Part shown: positions 52,260-64,000 of the stretch, piece after piece
Layout: every line of letters starts with the position of its first letter
How positions within the stretch are numbered: position 1 is the first letter of the stretch
Origin: Chrysomallon squamiferum
Taxonomy: Eukaryota; Animalia; Mollusca
Direction: 5' to 3'
Length of the DNA: 64,000 bases
NCBI GenBank assembly: GCA_012295275.1
Contig: CM022671.1
Span: 14,322,001 to 14,386,000 of the forward strand
The notes under the pieces: model-generated
Told to the model about the DNA's origin: nothing
What the model saw: the letters and a program-made list of their open reading frames with translations, nothing else
The model's database searches: none
Program-made: the position numbers and the translations under genes

Positions 52260-53909
52260 ATGGAAAAAACTGTTGAAAAATTTCTTGAAGCAGTGAAGAA
52301 AAACAGGAATACTAAGGAACTGAAACGGTTTTTACTCAATTCGAAGAAAAACGAGGTGATAGCCTGGAAAGATGAAAATGCTATGGACTTATTGCATCAT
52401 GCAATTATTCTCAACAGTCCCGAAGCTGTTCAGCTTCTTTTGTCCGAAGGTTATTTTCAAGCTCCATATCAACCTTTATCAAACGTGTATGCACATCTAA
52501 CGTGTCACCTAGGTTACGGAACAATTTTGAATCTACTTTTACAGTACAGACCAGACGACTTCCGATTAAAAAGTAAAGTCAGTATTCCTAAAAATACTCT
52601 TTTCCCTTCTGACGATTGTGTCCAGACTGTCGAGAAATTTCCACTGGACATAGCAGGAGATGAAGGGCACATTGAATGCGTGAAAATAATTCTGAATGTG
52701 TTTGTACTGAAAGCCAATCCTGACACTCCTTCAAAAGGGGATGTAACCCTCGCTTGTGTAGCCAGTTCACCGTCTGCTCTGAAATTACTTCTGACAGAGA
52801 AACAACGGTTAGAGGAAATCAAGCATGCTGTGGAAGTGTGTCTAAAACGAGCCCACCCTGAATGTTTAGATATTCTGTTAAAACTGAAGCTTGATACCTC
52901 ATCATTGTTCAAACACATGAATTTCTTTCATGTTCTGTACACATATAGCTCTAAGTTTGATGAAGATGGATACTTCAACTTACCACAGATGACATCAGTG
53001 CTTATCGAGAATGGTCATTCGATAAATGCCAAATCGCCACCAAGAACGTATCCACTCTACAGTCTTCTAAGTCAAGCTTTTTGTCAAAACTACGATTATG
53101 TAAAACAGTACATCAAATGTCTTGAAATGCTCCTAAAACATGGTGCTGATCCATGTTTCGATGAAGTCGCTTATGAAAAGTCACAGGTAAAACGTGGAGT
53201 AAAACCAGCAGTGGGTCGCACTGCGTTTTCTTCAGGACTGCATTGTCTTCTGGAAACTGTTGAGATTTATGCCACCTACCTGGAATCACGAACCTTGGCT
53301 ATTAAATTCGTCCTGCAGTGTGCAGACACACTTGTACGTTTCAATGCCTCTGTAAGGCAAATTGGTCGAATTGGCGACAGCACCAGCTCTTTGCTAGGGA
53401 ATATTTTGCATCAGTATGCTAAATCTAGTGTGACTATTGGAGTGGACCTTGAAATTTTGCGATGTATATTAAGACACGGAGCAGATCCCGACTGTAAAGT
53501 TGCAGGAAAATATGCAATAAATGTGTATATTGACAAGCTGTATGAAAAACTGTCATCGGGAGAAATCGAAGATGGTGAACAACAGCGCATGGAAGATTCC
53601 AATACCATGCTTGTAATATGCGAGTTCATGACTAACCACGCCATTAAAGAAGCGGCTCGCATCAACAAAATAGAACATTCGTTTGAAATATCTCGTCACG
53701 TTAAACCTTACGTGAAATTTTTCAACGCTGAGTTGGAGAACAGGACAAAAGTCGTAAAATCTCTGCGTCGGATGTCCGCTTGGGTCGTGTGGTTGCGATG
53801 CCAAATGAAAGCGACAAGAGTTTATTCACTGAAAGTTTCAGCCAGAATAAAAACTGATATCATTCCTCTCTGCGACGGAGTAGCCACACCTTTCGTTTTA
53901 GCAGTCTAG
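52260..53909 (+). CDS. Intronless ankyrin-repeat protein with probable C-terminal SOCS box (ASB-like), 549 aa
   Basis: Single 1650-nt ORF; ankyrin-like repeats (LLHHAIILNSPEAVQLLL, PLDIAGDEGHIECVKIIL, LEMLLKHGADP, ILRHGADPD); C-terminal KSLRRMSAWVVW..VYSLKVSARIKTDI resembles a SOCS box; AATAAA at ~54036. Confidence 0.8.
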   Translation: MEKTVEKFLEAVKKNRNTKELKRFLLNSKKNEVIAWKDENAMDLLHHAIILNSPEAVQLLLSEGYFQAPYQPLSNVYAHLTCHLGYGTILNLLLQYRPDDFRLKSKVSIPKNTLFPSDDCVQTVEKFPLDIAGDEGHIECVKIILNVFVLKANPDTPSKGDVTLACVASSPSALKLLLTEKQRLEEIKHAVEVCLKRAHPECLDILLKLKLDTSSLFKHMNFFHVLYTYSSKFDEDGYFNLPQMTSVLIENGHSINAKSPPRTYPLYSLLSQAFCQNYDYVKQYIKCLEMLLKHGADPCFDEVAYEKSQVKRGVKPAVGRTAFSSGLHCLLETVEIYATYLESRTLAIKFVLQCADTLVRFNASVRQIGRIGDSTSSLLGNILHQYAKSSVTIGVDLEILRCILRHGADPDCKVAGKYAINVYIDKLYEKLSSGEIEDGEQQRMEDSNTMLVICEFMTNHAIKEAARINKIEHSFEISRHVKPYVKFFNAELENRTKVVKSLRRMSAWVVWLRCQMKATRVYSLKVSARIKTDIIPLCDGVATPFVLAV

Positions 53910-55028
53910 CACTACTCTCACTGTCAAAACAAGACATAGTAGAACTTTTACTGAAGTAGACTGAAATTCTGTGGCTGAATATTTGTTCAGATCCTGTTAC
54001 TACATTGTTGGATTAGCAGTAATTTAATAGGGTTCAATAAAATTTTTTATGGAAGTGACATTTTTTGACATATACCAGTGTTTATTTTAGATGTTATAGT
54101 TATTATGTTATTATTACTATTTGTTGTTGTTATATTCAGATTTGTTCAAGGTTTTATTTTTTTTTTATTATTATGATCCTAAATTTAAGCAGAATTATAA
54201 AAATGTAGTGTTACACAGAAACTGTAAATCACGGAAATTTTGTTTCCCCTAGTAGGTTTTGACAAAGGTTTAAGACAATTTTGGTTTGAAATGCACATTA
54301 TGAAATTATCCTCCAATTAAACAGAACGAGTAGCGACATTTGTTGTAGATCTCAGCTAGTTTAAGCATAAAGTTTTATAAAGTTTCAAAACCCTTTCTGC
54401 AGGCTAAGTGTCCGTCTAAGAATAAAGAGATGATATATAGCACAGAAACTACATCTTATATCTACTGGTATAAATTCAGTTTATACATGTATTTTTAACA
54501 GAAATACATGTAACATTAATAAACAGATGTCCAGATTCCAATTAACATAATTTAAAATATCAGTTTTTATTTAGTAAATTGGTTAAGTCACACCGTCGTC
54601 AATTGTATATCTGTCTGTGATGTCTCCAGTGGTTTGCAGATTGGACATTTTATTTAGAATTTAAAACATTCAAACAACAAACGTCTTTACGACACAGCAC
54701 TTAAAGTAACTTTTATTTTAAAAATTCTCACTGTTTTGTTTTACTTTTACAAACTGTTGATTTAATAAGGAATAAATAAATTTAAAATCTTGTTTGTTTG
54801 TTATTGCTGTTATTTATTTATTATTATTATTATAATTTTCTTTTCCTTTTTCTTTTTTTAGTGAATTTTTGAATTGTAATGCTTCTTACTGTTGAAAATC
54901 TGCAGACACACACACACGAAAAAGAAATTTACGCAGATTTCTTGTGTGTGCTAATTTAAGTTAACATGCATACACTAAGTATATACACTTGTCGTTTAAC
55001 TTTATTTATAACTTTTATAAATATTATT

Positions 55029-55061
<33 letters not shown>

Positions 55062-55462
55062 ATGTTGTGATTGTTCACTGGAAAAACAAAACTGCCAGTG
55101 TAATTCTATTCTGACATGTAACTAAACAGACTCAATTCCCAGTGTCAGATGCTGCTATTGAAACACTGAGTGTTTTCCTGTGAAAATATGACACTAGCTA
55201 GCTTCTTGTAGATCAGACTAGTTCATTTTGAGACGACAGTAAGTTTTTCGGTTGTTTCATAATTATTTAAAAACCATCAACATTTCTATTAATAATGTGT
55301 TAACGTATCCTTAAAAAAAAAAGACCAAAAAAAAAGACATAACTAATCTGACAAATCAAGAAAATGTTGCAATATGTTTTGAATATTTCTGACATAAATT
55401 ACTGTAGTTTAACAAAAAAACAAAACAAGGTATGACTGTTTCATTTACAGACTGGTTATTAT

Positions 55463-56011
55463 TTAATGAAGTTTGTCATACATTGGGACGTTGTTGTTGA
55501 GATCAGCGCCCAGAGATTCAGTTGAAGTTGTTGCCAAGGCAATGCCGTTTCTCACTGGCATGGCCACTCTGGCTTCCAGCTGGTTAAGAAGTGCCAGTTT
55601 AGCCATCATCTTGGTGCGGTATATCTCAGAAATCATTTTACTGAAAAATAAATGGAAAAATGTAGTTTTAAAAGAAATCTAAGACACACACACATACACA
55701 CCAGTCGCTCTATCTCTCTCTCTATCTGTCTATATATATATATATACACACTCACACATTCACATACACACCCACAAACACATAAACACACATAGACTCA
55801 AACACATAAGACTATGAATAAAAATATCAGAAAATTAAAATTAAAAAACGAAGAAGAGAATGCTAAATATAGTGTTAACAGAAATGTATCCTCAGTAGGA
55901 GTATTGACTGTAAAAACTGAATATAGCCAGTGGAGAATGATAAAATGTCAGGTGCTATAATTTCGCAGTTTATCTATTTAGACAAACAAACATGCAAACA
56001 AATAAACAAAA

Positions 56012-56046
<35 letters not shown>

Positions 56047-56082
56047 GCTACGATACGATACAGCCAAAATAAGTTTATTAAA

Positions 56083-56137
<55 letters not shown>

Positions 56138-57801
56138 CAAACAAATAAACTTACTATTGAACAAGGTCCTTGTAGAAACTTTTCAAGATGTTGCTTCTTA
56201 GACTTTCGATCTGGTTTTCGAAAGTCATGAATTTCTGGAAGGTGTCTGGTTCTTTTGATTCTTGTGTTTTTCCTACAACAGATGAATGAACTCGATTATC
56301 AAACAAACAGCAACAGCCAAAGCCCAGAGTCTCATCTTCATTGCTTTGTTTGTAGCTTTTATCACTTCAGTGCGAATAATACAACGGTAATAATTTAATG
56401 CTGGATAAATAGCCTATTTTGGTGATACATTACACGTTTTCTGGGTTAAAGAGTATACAAATTTGTCATCTTGCCAGTTAGGATTACGTTCTAAGCTTAT
56501 TTCTAATGAAAACACACTCACACATACACTTGCACATGCACAAACACACAAGCACATTTTCCTTTTAATAAACGATCACTACAAATTTGAAGAATATTTT
56601 ATACCGTTATGTTTTTAAAAAAAAACATCTTAAGAACTGAAACCATTTATTACTAGGGCTATACTGGCACAGACATACGTACCGTGCTGCGATTGTGGCA
56701 TGCCTGGTCGCATTGGAGGCATACGTTGCTGCTGCATGGGTGGCATGCCTTGACGCATTGGTGGCATACGTTGCTGCTGCATTGGTGGCATACGTTGCTG
56801 CTGCATTGGTGGCATACCAGGACGCCCTAGGGGCATACGGTGTTGCATAAGTAGCATTCTTTGCTGCACAGGTGATACTCCTTGCTGCATAAGTGGCATT
56901 CCCTGTCGCATGGGTGGCATTCGTTGTGGGAAGGCTCGTGGATCCTGCATCATATATGGGGGCATGTCTTGTGAAAATCGATGTGGCGTAAATGGTCGAC
57001 GCATTCTGTTCATTTCTTCCTTACCAGACTGTTTCCCTTGCTCCTCTGCTGGACTTTGTTGCATGGGTGGACGCATACCCATGGGTGGTGACATCATTGG
57101 CGGAAAACCTCTCTGTCTCATTCCTCCGTTCTGGAACATTTCTTGTGGAAATCCATTTGGACGTTGCATCATGTTTGGCATTTGCTGACCAAAAGGACCT
57201 TGTTCCATAGGACCGTTCTGTGGACGAGCCATTCCTGGTGGCATCATGCCTCTGGGAGGTGGCATCATACCTCTGGGAGGTTGCATCATGCCTCTGGGAG
57301 GTGGCATCATGCCTCGCGTGGTTGGCATCCCCATAGGGTTCATTTGAGGCATATCGAAAGGAGAACCGCGGATGGAACTGGCGATTTTCTTTTCTGAAAT
57401 AATACCATTGCAAAAATAATGTCTGCATGATAAGAATGTTACCGCTTTTAGCTGATAGTAATAAGAAACAGGACACCTGATTCAAAGAGAATTGACCAAT
57501 AAAATTTACTCCCTAGAGAATCACTTTGAAAATGTTTAAATGTGTTTTTGAATATTTAACATCGTTCTTTTCATTTAGTACAGAAACTTATTTATCTATT
57601 TACAGATGCATCTTGAAAATATTCGTCACTAACCCGATGTTTCGCTTGATCCATCTGAACTGTCAACGGTCTTGTCGGCTACAACATTTTCTGAATGAAA
57701 TAATTTTAAAAGTTAATTAGAAACGCTGAAAACTTAGACATTTAACAGTGTTAAAGGTCTCAAGCTGTTTTCAAAAAATAAATAAAAATAAAACAAAAAA
57801 A

Positions 57802-57844
<43 letters not shown>

Positions 57845-57886
57845 ATTTAAATAATTTATTAAAAGTAAAGACTAACGAAAAAATAG

Positions 57887-57960
<74 letters not shown>

Positions 57961-58605
57961 ATACACACAAACAGCATAACAAAATACATAACATATTATT
58001 CGTATATTGTTGATCTGAACATGATCAATGAGTGTCAACACAACAACATTAAAGCAGTAATGACAAAAACAAAATTAGAAACAGCAACAACAACAACATA
58101 AACTTCATCAACAACAGATTTAAAAACAACAACAACATCTTAAAAAAACACCATCAACAATAATAAATAAATAAATATTAATCAAATGGTATTACAACTA
58201 CAGATGGGACTATTATCTATTTATAACATCAGAATAATATAATATAGTACATCAGAATTAATGATGAAATATTCTAGAACTTCCTGCTTACGTTTGATAT
58301 TAATTAAAATGAACCCGAGGAAACTAATAAATTATTATTAGACAGGAAGCAGAAGTCAACAGGTAAACCAAAATTAAAAAAAAAGAGAATGTCTTAAGGC
58401 AAAATTAATCAGCATATTATATTATTAATATTCTGTTTAAATTAATTATTTCTGTGAAAATAATAATAAGTAAATAAAAATAAAAACAAAATATTAAAAA
58501 GAACTTACATACTAGTCAAATGAAAACAGCAATTAATATTTTATTTTGATTTTGATTAATTCTAATATACGAGTGGAACGTTATATTGGCATCAGATTAA
58601 GAAAA

Positions 58606-58660
<55 letters not shown>

Positions 58661-58961
58661 TAATTATTACAGCTACAGCAACAACAACAAGAAGAAGCAG
58701 GAGAAAAAAAGTACGTCGATAATAACAGTAATACAACAAAAGCAAGCAACCAATTAAACAAATAAATCAAGTTAACAAACAGACAAACAAATTAAATAAT
58801 CTGATGAGTTTAGTGTATAGCCCTGAGCATGACAAAACTAAAAATAATAATGATAACAAATTTAAAATAAATTTGACACTGATTTTCATGTACATCCGAA
58901 AACAGAATAAAGAAGCAAAGGGTGTGTGTGTGTTGATGTATGTGTGTGCGTGTGGGTGTGT

Positions 58962-59041
<80 letters not shown>

Positions 59042-59414
59042 TATTTTATTGGATACAAGCTTAAAACTGTTTTTAAAATATTCATGAGGCGAGAATAATT
59101 GATTAGTTTAGAAACATGTTTACTTTGTTGACACAATGCATAAATATATACTACTAAATTTCAGCCAAGGTTATTTCGAAAAACTATTAAATGCAGCAAC
59201 AACAATATCAAGTAAACAAACAACATCTCTACCAGTAACAAAGTGTTTAGAATTTACAAAGCGCAACATCTTTTATTAACATGGAATGACTGGATTTAAA
59301 GTGTATCAGTGGTTGTACGAATAAATGATCTAATAAATTTATTTGTCAGGCCAAGTTATTATTTTATTGTTTTTGGATGAACATATGATTGTCCATATAT
59401 GAGTAGGACAAAAA

Positions 59415-59446
<32 letters not shown>

Positions 59447-60315
59447 GTACCAAGGTTTTAACACCGCCCTTTTAACTCTTTACAGCTGAAGTCGTGACGT
59501 CATCGCATACGTGGCGCATCGAGTGTGCATTTTTTTTACACGAGAAAAAGCTTCAAAGCGGACCTGTTAGTCACATAAGCGATGAATGATGGCGATGCAC
59601 AGAGGTTATTAAACTTACTCTTTTGTTATTTACTTCATTACTGGTTAAAACTGGATGGTAAAAATTAAATTAATCATGAAATGGAAATATGCTTGTTTTT
59701 ATTTAGTTTGTTACTGCATCTCTCCTCAGGAACACTTTAATGACCAATGAAGACGTTTTATTATTATTATTATTATTATTATTTAAATGAGCTACACACA
59801 AGCACACACACATACACGTACATACTTATATATATTAATATAATGATTTATTTCACAAACAGCGTGAAGGGTATTTTAATTTATTTCTGGACGCTAAAAC
59901 TAATTTTATGTAGATAGCGTACGTAACCTTTACTAAAATCATTTTCATTTCAGAATGTTGTCAGTTTAGTACTAGATTAATCCGTACACAAGTCTGAGAT
60001 AATTAAACAATAACTTTTGATAATCCATTAATGATTATGGTCGGAGCGGAAAACTAATACAGCTAATTTTCATTTTCAGGAAGATAGCGTACCTAACCCT
60101 GTTTCGAAAATTATTTGCATTTCAGTGTATTGTCAGTTTACTAGTATATTAATCCGTACATAAGTCTGAGATATTTAAGTATTTCAAGTAATTTATTAAC
60201 ACAGAAATTACTCACCCTTTGCCTTAGCTAGCTGTCTTTTTTCTCGCACGAGGCTGGTAAAAATTCCAGCATCAGCTAATGCAACAGCACAGAGTATAAC
60301 GACAAAAACCTTCAT
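55463..60315 (-). CDS. Orphan secreted Met/Pro/Gln/Arg-rich repetitive protein, 5 coding exons, 387 aa
   Basis: Exons 60315-60216, 57690-57634, 57393-56683, 56272-56155, 55640-55463 (1164 nt, phases 1,1,1,2 consistent). Signal peptide MKVFVVILCAVALADA, REKR|Q site, repeats RGMMPPP and MPPMQQQR, helical C-terminus ending VPMYDKLH*. Confidence 0.85.
56083..56131. repeat. (TAA)n microsatellite
   Basis: Seen directly. Confidence 0.9.
57886..59039. repeat. Microsatellite cluster: (CT)(CA)n ~57886-57958, (CA)n ~58611-58659, (GT)/(GA)n ~58923-59039
   Basis: Seen directly, in the first coding intron of the Met-rich gene. Confidence 0.9.
59895..60175. repeat. Diverged ~170-bp tandem duplication, with a partial third copy near 60478-60520
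   Basis: AGATAGCGTAC..CATTTCAG..TTGTCAGTTTA..TTAATCCGTACA.AAGTCTGAGATA at ~59912 and ~60082; TTGATAA.CCATTA..TTATGG..GGAGCGGAAAA at ~60018 and ~60479. Confidence 0.75.
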
Positions 60316-61302
60316 CTAAAAATGAAATAAACAAAGCAGATTTTGATAAAACAGGTTATAGGTTTTAGTACGTTTTCCTGGTTTATTATGATAACAGATA
60401 TGAAATCGGGAACTAGAATATTTTTTATAAAAACAAATAAACAAACAAACAACAACTAAAAACAAAAAACAATAATTTTTGATAAACCATTAGTTATGGG
60501 TTGGAGCGGAAAATTATACAACGACGCAAAAGACGTTTTACTTTTGTAATTGTTACACTAATTTGGAACTTAAAGCACTATATAATTTCACTTTTTAAAC
60601 AAATTTATGTTGTGTTATTTATTCATTTTAGATGTAAAATAACTATATAAAAAGCAAATGTAATGTTAACAGATATGAAAAATAATTCAACAGTAGCACT
60701 TGTTAATGATAATATTTGTATTACTTTGTTTTGGATCTACAGTCCAATATACTTTAACGGTATACAGTCGTTACCATTAGCGTTCTTACTGCTATTTGGC
60801 ATAAAAATTAACCACATTAGCTTTTTCTTAACAAAATATAATAAATTTATATGGCGTTCTAGACATCTTAAATTTATTTAAAGAAAAATAGCAAATAATG
60901 TATATAAAAAAATACACATTACAAATTTAAAAAAAGATAACCCAAAATTAATCAAACAAACAAAACATTTCTAGGTAATTCTATAAAAATCGTTTTGGGA
61001 AAACTTTGTTAATTGTAATGAATCAGATTTAATTTTGAAAAAAAAGAGAAAATTCTGGTACATTGAAAAATAAAAGTTTAGATTTGATGAAGATTTTCCA
61101 GTATTAAGGATTGAAGAATAATATAAGATCTGTTTTAAAAGTATTTAAAAATGAATATTTATTACACTATTCAGTATATATTTTAAAAATATATATTTAT
61201 ATTAGTGAATACATTCTGGATGACTCATTACACTTTTTAAATATCTGCCTTCATTTTTCTTTCAGAAGAAGCACATAATATATTTTAACAGACATACCTT
61301 AC

Positions 61303-61480
61303 CTTGCCAGTTGAAGGGTATGATTCCGAATTACTTTTAAGTTATGTTATAAACTTTATATGAATTTCCTGGGTAACCTTGGGGCATATAAACCTGTCAA
61401 TATTATGATGAATGGAACCAGCAGACAGATGAACTTAAAATTAAAAGCAGACACGTGTAATTAGCTCCTGAGACCACGTT
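61303..61480 (-). promoter_or_regulatory. Putative TATA promoter and short 5'UTR exon of the Met-rich secreted gene
   Basis: Strong minus-strand donor CAAG|GTAAGG at 61303; TATA-like elements at 61347-61360; Inr-like TCATAC at ~61323; CACGTG at ~61452. The ATG at 60315 directly follows an acceptor AG, consistent with an upstream non-coding exon. Confidence 0.5.
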
Positions 61481-61694
61481 AATATGATTAATTATTTGTC
61501 TTCTAACTTCCTAAATGCGAAAAGCAAGTAGTGTTAGTATTATATTAAAAATCTATTATGACTGACCTGCAATGAATCACTTTTAAACTCTTCACCTTTT
61601 AATGGAAAATATCTTACTTTCAGTTCTATTAAAATATGTAATTGTAAATATATAAAATGTTTGTACATATGGTTGTATGTATTTGTGTATTTAT

Positions 61695-61875
61695 GTATGT
61701 ATGTCTGAATGGATAGATGCAATAGTATATTTATAAGTGTCCATATAAATGATAATGCATATACAGATACATGTATTTGTGCATGTATGCATGTATGTCT
61801 GAATGGATGGATGGATAGATGCAATAGTATATTTGTAAGTGTCCATATAAATGTTAATGCATACACACATACATA
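61695..61875. repeat. Two-copy ~95-bp tandem duplication
   Basis: TGTATGTCTGAATGGAT..AGATGCAATAGTATATTT.TAAGTGTCCATATAAATG.TAATGCATA occurs twice. Confidence 0.85.
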
Positions 61876-61936
61876 CAAACTGAAAGAGAACATCAAAAAG
61901 AGACTGTCATGTAGCAGATATATTTAAAACAAGCTT

Positions 61937-61977
<41 letters not shown>

Positions 61978-62329
61978 TAATTAATTAATTAATTAATAAA
62001 CAGTTTATTTGAATACACATTAAAAATGTAACCTCACTTTTCCATTGGGAGTGAGGATGAATAAATTCTTCCTATTTTGAACCTTTTTAACAGCCAACAT
62101 TTTTAAAGACAAAAATATAATATTTATATTCTGTTTCCGGTTAATTTTCAGTCAAAAGATAAAATAAAAATAGATTAATGTTGTTGGGGTTTTTGGGAGG
62201 GGTTTTGTTGAAAAAATGTTCACATTTTTGGTTGAAAATAGATAAAGACACACACTTCTGCAACATTATGCTTTCCACATCATCTAACCAAACTCGTTAC
62301 GTTATTAAATTAACAGAAATTACGCAAGC

Positions 62330-62625
62330 AGGTATGAGATGATTGGCGAAAGACGCTAGAGGGCCGCGGCCTGCATGATAGAGTGACTGACACAGTTGTG
62401 GTCAACACAGTGGCTACTTTGATATTTGTATTGTTGTATTATAATTTTATTAACACAAGAATAGATATAACAAGACAATTTTGTTATTTTGTGTGTGTAA
62501 TCCTATCATAATGGACGATTTCAAATAAATGAATAATTATTATTATCGTTACCGAACCTTCAAGAGGAAATTACAATCACAAATAAAGTGCAATGGCGGC
62601 GCTCATGAAGCTAGTAACGTGTTGA
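62330..62625 (+). promoter_or_regulatory. Likely RWDD4 promoter / first non-coding exon
   Basis: CpG-rich patch with ATTGG (62342), GGGCCGCGGCC and YY1-like ATGGCGGC (62593); acceptor TTTTAG at 63310 precedes the coding start. Confidence 0.5.
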
Positions 62626-63249
62626 CTTTCATTATCATTAGTGAAAGAAAAGGAAGAAAATCAGCGGGTGTAAAATCTTTTTATTTACTTTGTAGCTGTG
62701 CTTAAACAAAATATTAATGCATTACTATTATTAATATTATTAATATTTAATATTTATTACAGTTTTTTACACTGTTTACCGTCCTTTAAATCTTCAGTGA
62801 TTGATGATGACGTTTGAATTCTGTGTTTTAATTTTTTATTTTATCCTGTCATCAAGTCACATACAATACGGAAATATTTTGAGAAATAAAATAAATGATT
62901 TAAGTATAATCTTTTATAATAAAATAAAATAATGTATTATTTAAAGACGATCTGGGAAATCGTAAGTGTCCTAGACTCCTACGTAACTACTTTATGTTCA
63001 TACGTTATATTATCAATTGTCGATTTAAAACACTTACAAATATATAAAAAATAAAATAAATAAATATAATTATAAAAAAGTAAATTTAAAAACTAATAAA
63101 TAAATAAATAAACACTTCACTAAATGTGGACAAATGTTTATATGAAACCTTTAATATAAAAGGTTTCTTAATGATTAGAATGTTGTTAAAAAAAAAATTT
63201 AACTTATTAAAAAACACCCCTAGACGTCTTCATTAATATTTTTAACAAA

Positions 63250-63280
<31 letters not shown>

Positions 63281-63362
63281 AATTTGGAAATTACTTCTTC
63301 TATATTTTAGGACTGTCCACACAAGTAAAACAGAAACATGAAAATTTGCTGTTAATGTGACA

Positions 63363-63908
<546 letters not shown>

Positions 63909-64000
63909 TGATTTTTATTCAAATATGAATCATTTGAAGAATATTATTTCAATATAAAGTAAGAAAAGTAGCCGATCAAGATGAAAAAATTATGAGTATA

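Overview
AT-rich, microsatellite-rich, intron-containing animal DNA; gene content and decayed repeats suggest a mollusc, probably a gastropod (inference). The ORF track is mostly noise or exon fragments, so I built gene models by hand from GT-AG sites and exon phases. Nine protein-coding loci in order: MNT (+, 8 exons, 692 aa); ARL6IP4 (-, 5 exons, 212 aa), head-to-head with LRRC43 (+, 15 exons, 696 aa); an uncharacterised ~27-exon, ~1,400-aa gene (-) with a degenerate TBC/Rab-GAP-like domain, about three C2-like domains and one apparent 1-nt frameshift; SPRING1/C12orf49 (-, 204 aa), head-to-head with RNFT1/2 (+, 432 aa); an intronless ankyrin/SOCS-box-like gene (+, 549 aa); an orphan secreted Met/Pro/Gln/Arg-rich repeat protein (-, 387 aa); and the first two coding exons of RWDD4 (+). 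Also present: a decayed Tigger/pogo transposon, degenerate SINE-like relics, a ~770-bp higher-order minisatellite and many microsatellites. Most interesting: the pseudo-TBC+C2 protein, the Met-rich secreted protein (matrix/biomineralisation candidate), and linkage of four genes whose human orthologues lie on 12q24, including the conserved SPRING1-RNFT2 divergent pair. All homology calls come from recalled sequences, not from searches.
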